A stretch of 64,000 nt of DNA from the human T2T-CHM13v2.0 reference genome, Homo sapiens: NCBI RefSeq assembly GCF_009914755.1, contig NC_060925.1; one strand, given 5' to 3'. The position numbers and the translations under genes are program-made. Of this stretch, positions 1 to 22,914 are shown in pieces. Below the pieces are notes generated by a model. The model did no database searches and had not been told where the DNA came from. It saw only the letters and a program-made list of their open reading frames with translations. The stretch's first letter is position 1, and the number at the start of each line of letters is the position of its first letter.

Positions 1-55
1 GCCTGGGTGACAGAGCAAGACTCCATCTCAAAAAAAAAAAAAAAAAAAAAAAAAG
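1..55 (+). mobile_element. Alu 3' end with poly(A) tail
   Basis: gcctgggtgacagagcaagactccatctc followed by an A-run. Confidence 0.95.
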
Positions 56-1123
56 GAGAGAGAGAGTAGGACTTTCAGATCCATAGCCAACATAAAGCAC
101 CCACAAATCTTCATCAGGTACTAAAGGGTATAATAGTGATTACTTCTGTTTATAAGCCCTACTATCAGGAGGTTTACACTGATATTTGTTAATGTTCACA
201 ATAAGCCTTCAAGGTAGATGGCATTACCCCACTTTATAGAAGAGAAAACTAAGTTTCAGAGGTCTTCCAAATGATACACAGTGAGGACAAGGCATTGCCG
301 GGTTGTTTGAATTTGCCCCACTCCAACGTTAGTCTTTTCACATGGTTGTTAACCTTCAGGTGGACCTGGGGCAGCATACTGTGGTGAACACAAAATAAAC
401 TCCAGACTTCTAGGCTTTCAGAGCAGAAATTACTCTTCCCTACCCTGAGAAGGGCCCCCAAAATAGAAGGCTGCTGCATCACTTAGTGGATACATACACC
501 GCAACCTCAACCACTCTTGGCCTGAGATTACCTTTAGGGTTCTCGCCTGGAAGAAGAGCACATCTCTCCCGCTCAGCCTACTCTCAGGGAAAGCAAGTAA
601 AGATCTGGCAAGCACCCAGAAAGACTGAGGGTTATTTTTTGTTTTGTTTCCAGTGTTTTTAAAATTGTATATAGTTATGGCTACAACATGTTTTGATATA
701 CATATGCAGTAACTGTTGATTCTAGTCTAGAAAGGCCATAGATACCACTACCCAGCTCCTTCTCAGACAAACCTTTATCAAAGTTTTATTAGCCTCAGCT
801 CAAGGGATCTCTATTTGGGCATCTCATTACAGGGCAAGGACGCTTCAGCCATTTGTAACACCACCACTCAAGAAGGATCTTCAAGGGTGGCAGTGGAAAT
901 GAGTTGCAAAGGAACTGTAAATTCTCCTTGCCCCTTCCCCCCTCTTCATGCAGTTGCTCTCTCAACCCACCTATTCCTTCAAGTCTGACACTGGATTACT
1001 CCCATTCCCTGAACACATTTCCCACGTTCTCATCTCTGCTCATTTATTCCACTTCCCTTTGCCTGGAACTTATTCTTCCTTGGCCAAAATCTATCTTCTG
1101 CATTGAACTCCAACAGCACTTAA

Positions 1124-2553
<1,430 letters not shown>

Positions 2554-3545
2554 CCCAAAGACTTTTGAAAAGTGTGGGCTCATTAGGAGAACTAATCCAG
2601 AAGGAAAAGAGATGGGAGTGAGTGCTTTAAATGGAAGAAGAAAATAATCTGCGGAGGGAAGGGAAAGTTAGAGAGGGCACCAGGCTTTTGATGGCTTATG
2701 GGACAAGTAGGGACCTAAGGCTCCACTTGCATATAGCACACCAGGATGTGGAGAACGTCGTAGGCGACTGTCCACTATGTACCTTGCCTTTGAGAGTAGT
2801 GGCAAGGGTCTCTTTGAGCAAGTCTGGAGTGGTAGAAGAAGCCATCCTAATGATGCAACCAACGTGGATTAAGGATCTGGTCTCTACCTCACTTTTTGAA
2901 GGAAGAAACACTTAATTGGCAATAATGACGGCGAAACAAAACAAACACAATTCAGAAAAAGCAGTAAAATATGTAAAAAGAGCTAAAATGCTGCTTAAGA
3001 TTTCCCGTACCAACAATGTCAACCGTTTTAGAACCGACTGGAATATATGTAATACTGGAAATATATATACTGGAAACAACTTCTTGTGTTCCCTGATGTC
3101 TGGGACCCTTTTCTTTGCTAGACTTCAGATCTCTGATCTGAACCATCCCTCTTAGTTCAAGTACTCCAATCGCCTTCAGTGTTTCCACCAAGCCGTCCTT
3201 CCTCAATTTCTCCCTCCAGGTTTCCCTTCCCCAACTTTCCCCCTGCATCAGACTCTCCCTCAGCCTTCCTTTCTCCCTGTGCAGTCTGTCTCACTCCTGT
3301 CTTCCTCCCCAGGCGGTCTCAATTCTCTCTCCCTCCCCTTTCCGTGACCCTCTCGGCAGTCTTTTACTTCCTTACTTCGGTGACCGCCCCCCACCCCACT
3401 CCCCACAGCCTCCCTCCACTGCTCAGCCGTTGGAGAGGGCGTGGCCCCGCGAGTAACAGGTCTCCCGCCCCACACTCCGCGGGCCCGCGCGCAGACAAAG
3501 ACATTCCACAGCTCCCGCCCCCTCCACGCCAGAAAGGGGAGGAGA

Positions 3546-3574
3546 CACGTGTTCCGCTAGCGCCGAGTCACGTG
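3546..3574. promoter_or_regulatory. Two canonical E-boxes CACGTG (MYC/MAX, USF)
   Basis: CACGTG at 3546-3551 and 3569-3574; the second is in a GTCACGTG context. Confidence 0.7.
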
Positions 3575-3606
3575 GAAAACGAAACGAACGGAGCCCACTG
3601 CCTCCC

Positions 3607-3617
3607 GCGCATGCGCA
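3607..3617. promoter_or_regulatory. NRF1 consensus site GCGCATGCGCA
   Basis: Perfect NRF1 palindrome in the CpG-island promoter; ETS-like TTTCCGGT at 3781-3788. Confidence 0.75.
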
Positions 3618-3921
3618 TCAAGCTCTGGCCTGGCGGGAGCGGAGGGAAAGCCAGAGTCGGGAGGCGACTTCTCGGACGCCGCGGCGGTGCGCAGGCGCCG
3701 TGGCCGGACTGGGGACTTTGTTCTCCGCGGAGAAACCCAAGGGCGGTGCCGGTGGCTGGCTGCGCACGCGCGCCGCCTCATTTCCGGTGCTCTCTCTCGC
3801 TGGGTCGCTCGGGTCGGCTTCGGTCGCTACCGCTCCCGCTCTGCCACCCCCGCCAACCGCCGCTCGGGCCTCCGTCGCTGCCGCGTCGCTTTCTCGCTCC
3901 TTGGATCGCACATCCTCCCAG

Positions 3922-4303
3922 ATGCAGCGCCGGGACGACCCCGCCGCGCGCATGAGCCGGTCTTCGGGCCGTAGCGGCTCCATGGACCCCTCCGGTGCCC
4001 ACCCCTCGGTGCGTCAGACGCCGTCTCGGCAGCCGCCGCTGCCTCACCGGTCCCGGGGAGGCGGAGGGGGATCCCGCGGGGGCGCCCGGGCCTCGCCCGC
4101 CACGCAGCCGCCACCGCTGCTGCCGCCCTCGGCCACGGGTCCCGACGCGACAGTGGGCGGGCCAGCGCCGACCCCGCTGCTGCCCCCCTCGGCCACAGCC
4201 TCGGTCAAGATGGAGCCAGAGAACAAGTACCTGCCCGAACTCATGGCCGAGAAGGACTCGCTCGACCCGTCCTTCACTCACGCCATGCAGCTGCTGACGG
4301 CAG
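3922..4303 (+). CDS. KHDRBS1: KHDRBS1 exon 1: Pro/RG-rich N-terminus and start of QUA1 (aa 1-128)
   Basis: ATG at 3922; MQRRDDPAARM...KYLPELMAEKDSLDPSFTHAMQLLTA; donor CAG|gtaagg at 4304. Confidence 0.98.
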
Positions 4304-5825
4304 GTAAGGGGGCCTCCCGTGTCCCTCTGGGTCGCCCGGCCATCCCGGGCATGAGTGGCCCTGGCTTTGTTCCTCTCGCTTCCCGCCCCCTCGGGACCGA
4401 GGCAGTCGGGAGTTCCGGTCTCATCCTCATTTTTGGGAGCCTGGATTCCACATTCCCACCTCAGCCCGGAGTGCGTGGGAGAATTTCTAGGCTGCAGTGG
4501 AGGCCCGAAGGCGACTTTGCGATCCCCTAGCGCTAATGTCTTGATGGATAGTGCTGAGCTCCCCGCCCCTTTCCCGACTCTTCCCTCCTCCCTCCTCTTG
4601 CGGCTGCCGGGCGCGCAGATTCTTCCAGAAATGAACCTTCATTTCCCCCTTTCCCTGAAGGGAAACCCTTTTTGATCGCGGGTGGCGATGAGCGCCTCGA
4701 CCGAGGTGTAGGAGGTGAAGACAGCCAGAGCGGGGAGGGACCGTGGGAGGAAGGGCCGAGGTGAGGTGGGGTGAGGCTGGAATGCCCTGTCCAGTGCCTT
4801 GCTGTCGCTGGGGCCGAGCCGGACTTAGCGGTAACCGCAGCTTAAGTTGCTGGGAGGAAGGAGCGATTTATGTGGATCGGAGCTTGAGGTTTCCGAATCA
4901 GATTTCCGACTAAGGCTGATAAAATAAGAATTGCTACTGAGCCATTTTACACCGTGTGTTCACTGTCGTTGAAGGAGTGAAATAACCCTAGAGACAGTGA
5001 AATGGGACGATAGGGACTCCCGCGTAGTTCACATGACGTTTCCCAACGAGATGGACAGAAATTGAGAGAAGTTGCATGATGCTTGTACTGAAAGGCTTGG
5101 CCTTTTTGTTGCTGTTTTTTACATTTTTGATTCAGTAGTGAAATAGATTAGAAATGAGAGTCTTTGTTCTGTAGGTTAGCGCTCTTTTCCTCATCAGCAC
5201 TGGCCAATCACCTAGTCGCTCTGATTTTTCCCTAAAGCTGTCTGACTTTCGCTTCTAGTTAAAATATTATTTTAATATTTTTTATGATACCTAAATTTTA
5301 CTAAGCAAGTAAAAATTCACATCCTTCAACACTGAATGAGTAGTTGGACTCTTTGGCAAGGTTAATATAATGGACAGTTCATTATGAAAATATTATCTCC
5401 CTCCCTTTGTTCTCTGTCTCCCAACACTGTAAGGTAAGGGATCTTTACCAGTGTGGTGTTCATCTTTTATGCTTTCTTAAGATAACTGTCAAAAACTGTT
5501 GATCCTTAAAAGTTACTTTTAATTTTCAGTCTCCCCTCACTGCTTAACTAAGAGAGTGCTCTTTATTTTTAACTTGGGCTTTCTGGATGTATTTTTTTTA
5601 AACCCAACTGAAATTGGAGAAATGTGATTGAGGTTACTGTTGGTTTGGGATGTATGAATTCTTTCTAGCATGGATAAGTGTTAATATATGTTGAGCCTGG
5701 CTTTTAAGGTATTTCTGAATTATCTTGCAAGGGGATTGCAGTGAAGTCACAACCCATTGTGCGGAAGTGAGACTTTGAGAAGATAGAATAGTAGTATTTA
5801 AGCTCTGGTAAGATCACATGGAAGG

Positions 5826-6133
<308 letters not shown>

Positions 6134-6629
6134 GAACACACGGAAGAAAAATATAGCTAACACTTAATGTTTGAGGTCTGAGCACTTTACATTAAATATT
6201 TAACCTATAAAATGAAATGAGAACTTACTTTTATTATCCTCACTTATACAGATGAGGAAACCAAGACACCCAGAGATTAATAATTTGCCTAAGGTAACAA
6301 AATTAGTAAGCATCGTAACCAGGATTTTTGGTCAGTCTACACACCTTCCCCGTTCCCTCACTATAGTGCCTGCTGCAAATTGTACTTTAAGCTATAGTTG
6401 GACAAAATATTAAAATCTATCTGGGATGATAGGTGACCAAAAAAAAAAAAGTATATTTGAAAGTATCACAGTGTTAACAGGGCAGTGAAGATGATAAGGC
6501 TAAGATACAGAAAGGAAACCAGAGAGCAGAGTCTACTGCTTGGGACTGTGGCTCCTCCAGGCACCTTTGACCATTCCCAATAAGGTACCGTGAGACCCTG
6601 AGCACTCTTCCTGTACCACCTACACAGCT

Positions 6630-6860
6630 CTCCTCTTCCTTTCCTGGGTTTACTTTATTTTTCACTATCAGCATCTGTTGCACTATATTGTCGTTATGTA
6701 CAGTATTTGTTTGTTGATTACCCATTCTCCATGGCTAGAATGTCAGCTCCACCAGAGCGCAGGAATCTTTTGTCTACTTTGTTCACCGTTGTATCTTCTA
6801 TGCCTTGAAGAGTGCTGCACAGAGTGGCCTCTTATTAAATATTTCACGAAATAATACATA
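6630..6860 (+). mobile_element. L2 3' fragment
   Basis: ctagaatgtcagctcc...tttgttcaccgttgtatc...taaatatt resembles the L2 3' end. Confidence 0.6.
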
Positions 6861-6870
6861 TTCACCTTCA

Positions 6871-7236
<366 letters not shown>

Positions 7237-7273
7237 CTATGTTAGCCAGATTGATATTCAGCTGTGATGACTG

Positions 7274-7507
7274 TCGAATGTATCTGCAGACATAAGGATT
7301 CAATCATCCATCTTTGTTTTCTGGAAGAGAAATAATTTACCTTATTGTGTTAATATATTTATATACTAAGTAAAATGCTGTTGTATATATTCGAATGTGT
7401 CTGCAGACATAAGGATTCAATCATCTATCTTTGTTTTCTGGAAGAGAAATAATTTACCTTATTGTGTTAATATATTTATATAGTAAGTAAAATGCTGTTG
7501 TATAGAT
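7274..7507. repeat. Two-copy 117-bp tandem duplication
   Basis: tcgaatg...ctgcagacataaggattcaatc...aaaatgctgttgtata at 7274 and 7391; about 4 mismatches. Confidence 0.95.
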
Positions 7508-7526
7508 ACCAGTGTTCTTTTTCTAC

Positions 7527-7834
<308 letters not shown>

Positions 7835-8106
7835 ATTTTTCTACTTTCTACAATTAGGGAAATACAAGTTAGTATAAGTGACTCAAGAATAAACATTTTG
7901 AATAGATTAGCAATCTGCAAAAGATCTTGGAGAGATACTCAAAAATCCATCCTTCAAAAGCATACAGTGGAAAACATTTACAAAGTCTGTTGAAACTTCA
8001 AAATAGTTAATTCCTTTATTTACAGTATTCTCTAGAAATACATTAAGACCTTCCCAGTTCATTCTACAGGGCTAGCAAAACCTGCTTTTAAAACTGGAAA
8101 ATAAGG

Positions 8107-11050
<2,944 letters not shown>

Positions 11051-11514
11051 AAAAAAAAATTTTCAAAGTTGCAAAGCTCTAAATTGTGCACTAAGGAAAA
11101 GATTTGGGAGACCATAGTCAATATGACAGAGTTTTCTACTGTCCTGGAATGTAAAAATTGAGCCCATATGAAAGGGCTTGTAACAGGCCTTTGGGGGATT
11201 TTTTTTTAACCAATACCCAGCCTTTCTATACCCATAGCCAATATTGTATATAATATATTATGAGTTTATATTTTTTTCTGGGTTGCTAATCAGTAGCTTC
11301 CATCAAATTCTCAGAGGGACCCATGATTCCAAAAAAAATAAAGAACCTATTGGCTTTGTGCTCTTGCTTGAAACAATAAGTAATTTGATAAATAAAACAA
11401 ATGAAGTTGTTTTGCAATAGTAAGCTTATGGGACTTCTGATTCCAAAAGATGATACCAACAGAAAAGTTGAGAATTATAAATTTGGGGATGATAAAGTCA
11501 TGTGAGTTGTTTAA

Positions 11515-12860
<1,346 letters not shown>

Positions 12861-13793
12861 TTAGTTAAGCCAGACCAGTTGATAAAGTTGGTATATAATT
12901 TTCCCAGACTTCTCTAATATTAACTTTTTTTGTGTGAGTTACATCTCTTTTTCGCCCTCTCTCTTTTTTTCTTACTATTTTTCTTATTAACATTCTCTTT
13001 TAAAGTCATACACCAAGCATGTAGGAGAGCTGGGAATCAAACCCACTTTGTCTAGCTTCAAAACCCTTGTCTTTCCTCCAAGATATATTAAGCAACGTGG
13101 AAGCTTATAGTCTGGTTGGGATAAAATCTACAAAAAAAACAAAAGTGGGGGGTGGGAAAGGTTAAGTTATAGTAAAAGATGAAGGAAATTTTGAAAGGTT
13201 AACTGAATTTACTTTCTTTGGTATAAGAAGTGACTTGGGTTTAAGTATCTGCTATGTCACTAATTAGTTTTGAGATCTTGGACAAGTTATATAGCTTTTC
13301 TGAGCCCGGGTTTCTTCATCTGTCAAATGAAGATAATACTGGTTACAAAGACAAAGTGAAATAATAAATACAAAATTCCTGACGCATAGAAGGCATTGGA
13401 TAAGATATGATTATTCTGAGTGGCTGGGAAACAAATGGGTCACCTCTTGTGTTGTTTACACCTCAGCTTTGTTTTCTTTGGCCCTTGGGATATCCAAGGT
13501 CTCCAGAGACCCAAGCAAAGATTACTTAAAGGAGTCAGTTCCAAAAGGGTTGTCTAGAAAGTACTTTTGCCTGAGGTTAAACCATTTTTAGGAAGCTCCT
13601 CCTTGATTTTTTGTCTTCCCATTTCAGTCTACTCTAGCTCTCCGGGGAAAGCAAGGACAAGGAGAGACATACAGAGTTGAAAAAGAAAAAAGAAAGACCA
13701 GACCATCAGACAACTGAACATCTGAGACACCCATAAAGCCCTTTTATTACCTTTAGGCCACATGCCAGTGTCTGAGGGTATAAATTGTACTTA

Positions 13794-17198
<3,405 letters not shown>

Positions 17199-17758
17199 TC
17201 AGAATTATGGCATCTTTGTTCTTCTAGGACTTTGAGGATTGAATAACTAAGTTTTCCAGTCTGAGAACTTAGAAAGTGGTGTAGTCAGGTACAGTAGGCT
17301 CAAAAAGATTGATCAGAAAAAGTATATTAGCAGTAGGGGAAAAGAAGTAGAGGTCAGGATCTGCCACCAAACAGTAAGGGTTAGGGTTAGGATTACCCTC
17401 ACAAGTAGACTGTTGAATGAAGCATTACTCTGTTAACTGTAAGGTCAAATTTGTTTTCTATTCCAAGCACTGAAACAGGATTGTGAAGAGCACTGTCATT
17501 TACAGTTCTTCTCATAGGAGTAAAGGTTTTTAATTAAGGATATTTACAATTCATCAGCAATTTTAATTGTCAGAAAACCAGGAAGTATGTGTCTATTAGT
17601 TCATGGTATAGTATAGCATCTGAAATTAGGCTTTTTAACAAACAAGCATTCAGTCTGAAATTCTAAATTCTCTAAGGCATGTCAGAGTCAAAGTTATTTT
17701 TCTTCGTCTATATATTTCACAGCTGCACCTCTCTAAATATTTATTTTAAAAACTGTTA

Positions 17759-18072
<314 letters not shown>

Positions 18073-18127
18073 TTAAGGGTATAGATTTGTGGAACGTGTT
18101 TGAGGTAGGGTGTCTTTATACTTCAAG

Positions 18128-18302
18128 CCAATGGTTTTCAAAGTATGGTCCCTGGACCAGCAATATCAGAATTACCTGGGAACTTGTTGGAAATGCAAAT
18201 TCCTAACACAAATCCCAGACTGGCTTTGAAGCCCAGCAATCTAGTTTAATAAGCCCTCTTCTAGGTGATTGTGATGCATGAAGAAGTTTGAGAACCCCCG
18301 CC
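18128..18302. mobile_element. MER5A-like hAT-Charlie MITE
   Basis: caatggttttcaaagtatggtccctggaccagc...gggaacttgttggaaatgcaaattc...aagtttgagaacc. Confidence 0.75.
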
Positions 18303-18366
18303 TTAAAATTATAGAAGATGGGAATGTTATGTAATATTCTATTACAGACTATTCTCTGATATTTAG

Positions 18367-18732
<366 letters not shown>

Positions 18733-19139
18733 ATTTTTTTTTTTTTTAACTACTCTCAGTGGATCATATAAGCTTTCAGTTGCTACTCATCCTTGGGCAC
18801 TCTGCCCTCATCTCTATTAGAACTCCTGTTATAGTACTTTACTTCATTGCCACCTCTATAGTCTGGGAACTCCAGTATATAAACAGTGAAGACAAGAGAC
18901 CAGTCTGACTCGCTCTATTGTATCTCCTGTGCTTTGCAAGACAGATGTCTGGCTCTTATTAAGTCCTCCATAGTGGTTAATGATTGTACCTATTATAGCC
19001 CTCCCTTCATCTGCCTCTCCATACTATAGGAAGCACTCAAACACTTGCAGTCACTCAATGAATGAAGTTCCTTAATGGTAGGAAATCTTTTTGTATGCCA
19101 AGTTTCTATCTAATGAAACTGTCTTAACCCGCGAATTGA

Positions 19140-19622
<483 letters not shown>

Positions 19623-20224
19623 TTAGGCATTGGCTGAATTTGGGCTAGATAACGGTAACGATATATTAAGTACTTTATGAAAAATTGGCCTTAATTAGGC
19701 ATATCTACGTATTTTATTAACTTAGGTCACACGACTAGTGAGTAGCAGAGTAAGAATAAGGTCTTTCAGACTCTTAAGGACTAGTATCTAGAGTACTAAT
19801 GTCACCGTGGAACTTTAATGGAACTATCCATTGTATATTTAGATTATTTACTTTTGTTTTTTTCAAGGTAAGATTATACTTTGTCTTGATGCAGATTTTG
19901 ATTTTTTTGTTTGTTTCTTTATTCTCCTTTCCCCCATCTCACCCAATTAATTTTGTTAAATTGATTTAAGAAACATTTAAATGTCTCTGTTGTCATGGCT
20001 TCAGGTGAGGGTGGAAGAGTACACTTCTTTTATTAGAAGCAGGCTTTGGGCTTTCTAGTCAACTTCATATAGCTTTAGTGCTTTCAGCTAGTTTCTTTCT
20101 GAAATTGGCACATTTGTGTGAACTATTTGGTTTCACTATATGGTATTCCATGTTATTGCTTTAAGCAGACTTCAAAATTTGCATTTATTTACCAGGGCAA
20201 AAATAAATTGTTTTTCCTATTCAG

Positions 20225-20349
20225 AAATTGAGAAGATTCAGAAAGGAGACTCAAAAAAGGATGATGAGGAGAATTACTTGGATTTATTTTCTCATAAGAA
20301 CATGAAACTGAAAGAGCGAGTGCTGATACCTGTCAAGCAGTATCCCAAG
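20225..20349 (+). CDS. KHDRBS1: KHDRBS1 exon 2 (end of QUA1, start of KH)
   Basis: ttcag| acceptor; [42 protein letters not shown]; AAG|gtaagg donor. Confidence 0.98.
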
Positions 20350-20893
20350 GTAAGGCAAAAAGTGCTTTGGATCTTTGAGTTATCTTTATAGTTATGAGAG
20401 AGTCATGGGCTATAATAAAGACTCCTGGGGATTGTGATGCTTTAGAAACTTAAGCCTGTGAAGCTTCTCTTTCATGCTTGTAGTACCTGTTACTGAGAGT
20501 TGAAATATCTAAGTTCTTAACTAATAACATAGCTATAGCCAGGAAGGAAATATAATCATCTTTTTATTATCAAAAAGTTTCTTTCTCAAATGATTGCTCA
20601 GGCTACAAGTTCAAAGAAAAAAAAATTAAAACCTGAAGAGTTGCTCTTTGTCAAAAGACTAACCTGAAATCTAAATAAAAGGAAATATAATATGAATCCT
20701 CAATTGGTTGAAGTTAATTTTATTTTCTTACTAAAAGTTTACTTTTAAGTAAATGCTTTTTTTCTTCCTTTTTTTTTTTTTAGGAAAGCATTTAGTTACA
20801 TTTAGTTTATCCAGCGTGTTATCAAAGGGTGCTATATAGTCTCTTCTGTTCTGAGGTCACTGCCTTAAAAATGTTGATGTATGTTAAGTGCTG

Positions 20894-21195
20894 GGCCAGG
20901 CACAGTGGCTCATGCCTGTAATGCCAGCACTTTGGGAGGCCGATGCAGGCAGATTGCTTGAGCCCAGGAGTTCAAGACCAGCCTGAGCAACATAGCGAAA
21001 CCCCATCTCTACAAAAAATACAAAAATTAGCCTGGTGTTGTGGTGTGCACCTGTACCCAGCTACTCTGGAGGCTGGGGCAGGAGGATCACTTGAGTCCAG
21101 AAAGTTGAGGCTGTGATGAGCCATGATTGTGTCACTACACTTTGGCCTGGGCAACAGAGTGAGAGCCTGTCTCAAAATAAAGTAAAAAATAAAAT
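20894..21195 (+). mobile_element. AluJ (intron 2)
   Basis: AluJ-type dimer. Confidence 0.9.
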
Positions 21196-21450
21196 AGTAA
21201 AGGTCTTAATGTATTATGGAAGAGCACCAGAATACATCAGAAAAGCCAAATTCAGGTCTAGGAACTGCCACTTTCTAGTTTCATAACCTTAAGCTAATCA
21301 CTTTATTAATATGGCTTCAGTGTCCTTCAGTAAAATGGGAATGGTAATACTCTACCTTTGCAGGGTTGTTTAAAATCAAGTGAGGTAATTTATGTGGAAA
21401 TGTTTTTATATAGTAGCATGTATATTTAGAAATCCTCTATTTTCTGTCAG

Positions 21451-21567
21451 TTCAATTTTGTGGGGAAGATTCTTGGACCACAAGGGAATACAATCAAAAG
21501 ACTGCAGGAAGAGACTGGTGCAAAGATCTCTGTATTGGGAAAGGGCTCAATGAGAGACAAAGCCAAG
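21451..21567 (+). CDS. KHDRBS1: KHDRBS1 exon 3 (KH core with GxxG loop; 117 nt, phase 0/0)
   Basis: tgtcag|TTC; [39 protein letters not shown]; AAG|gtaagc. The 39-aa symmetric exon matches the known deltaKH deletion. Confidence 0.98.
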
Positions 21568-22629
21568 GTAAGCTCACATTAGTGAGGCAAGAGGACATCC
21601 TAATGCCTTCTACTTGCCCAGAATGCAGTATGGATGTCTTATAGAGGCGGCAAGAATTTTGTATGTGTACAGAATGTGGCTCCTTTAAGTTTGCACTGGA
21701 TGCAAGAGATTATACACCAAGTTAATTTACTTGGCTTGGCAACCCTGGAAGAGCCTAGGTGTGCCCTGGTGATAGTTTTCTTTTGGACTTTTTGACTGTG
21801 TAGTAATGGAAACAGCAGTAGCATGTTGCGCATTGGTAGGATTGTCTGTGAAAACTTGAAAGGGGAACTGAATATACTAAAATTTAGTCTAAAGCAGACA
21901 AAAGACGCTAAAATGCAAATAGCACACCCCCTTTTTTGTAACCTGGAAAAGTGAGAACAATAATGTGAGAGCAGATGAGTTTGAGGATTAGTTGGTTTGT
22001 TTTATAGCCGGTTTGGAATGTGAGGCTCACTAAAAGAATGTATTCCAAAAGGAACCATGAGTAATCCTGACTACAGAATCTAATGCGTCTTTTTTTTCCC
22101 CATGCCATAGCCGCGTACGCTGTGTACTCTGTGACAAGAAACTTCTCACCAAAACAGAATAGTCTTAGCCTTCTGGGGTCACCTTATTTGATGAGATATT
22201 CCTGCTACAGTCCAAAAACCAATTCTTTCAACCCTCCTTTTATGTAGTCTAATGGACACATGTTTGTTTTCTCAGGTCATTTCTTGCTAGATGCATATAG
22301 TTACGGCTGAAGTGTGTTCTAACTAATGAGATTTACATGAGCTTTTCTTCCCTCTGTCCTGACTTCTTTCTTCCCCTACCACTCCCTAGACCATATAAGC
22401 AGATAAGCAGAGCTCGTGGTGATTAACAGCTCTACCTGTGATTTAAAAACAAATGCTTGGCAAACAGCTATTATCTGAATAGACTAGAATTAAGTTTTTC
22501 TTCTTTATGCTTTTAGTAGGAGCTCCAATGGATATCTCAGGGATTTAAGACAACAATTAACTGTAAGCAGCAGACCATGTGCAAGTTTAGCAGGCTGTGC
22601 AAATTACTGTTCTTGAGAGTTTGTTTTAC

Positions 22630-22914
22630 TTTTTTTTTTTTTCTTGAGAGGGAGCCTTGCTCTATTGCCCAGGCTGGAGTGCAGTGGCTCACTGCAACCT
22701 CCACCTCACGGGTTCAAGCAATTCTCCTGCCTCAGCCTCCTGAGTAGCTGGGATTACAGGCGTGCGCCACCATGCCCGGCTAATTTTTGTATTTTTAGTA
22801 GAGACGGGGCTTCATCACATTGGTCAGACTGGTCTCGAACTCCTGACCTTGTGATCCTCCCGCGTCAGTCTCCCAAAGTCCTGGGATTATAGGCGTGAGC
22901 CACCGCGCCTGGCT
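22630..22914 (-). mobile_element. AluS (intron 3)
   Basis: Dimer with a small deletion; ttgtttttactt flanking duplication. Confidence 0.9.

Larger units (their letters stand above)
3330..4900. promoter_or_regulatory. KHDRBS1: CpG island / KHDRBS1 promoter
   Basis: Very high GC and CpG density over the upstream region, exon 1 and the start of intron 1. Confidence 0.95.

Noticed and set aside
2631-3155. ORFs of 64-98 aa upstream of the promoter, possible pseudogene
   Set aside because: No recognisable protein similarity, poly(A) tail or TSD
4304-4530. Read-through of the exon 1 ORF into intron 1 (75 codons)
   Set aside because: There is a strong donor at 4304 and the GC-rich intron start explains the open frame; no poly(A) signal nearby
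3179-4675. Long overlapping ORFs on both strands around exon 1 (258, 167, 121, 106 aa)
   Set aside because: Stop-codon depletion in the CpG island. Only 3922-4303 is supported by splice sites and protein identity.
17375-17392. TAAGGG-TTAGGG-TTAGGA telomere-like run
   Set aside because: Only one perfect unit; too short to call an interstitial telomeric sequence
21590-21740. Possible intronic H/ACA snoRNA or miRNA from the hairpin after exon 3
   Set aside because: The hinge reads ATAGAG rather than ANANNA, there is no clear second hairpin or ACA, and the stem is too short for a canonical pri-miRNA
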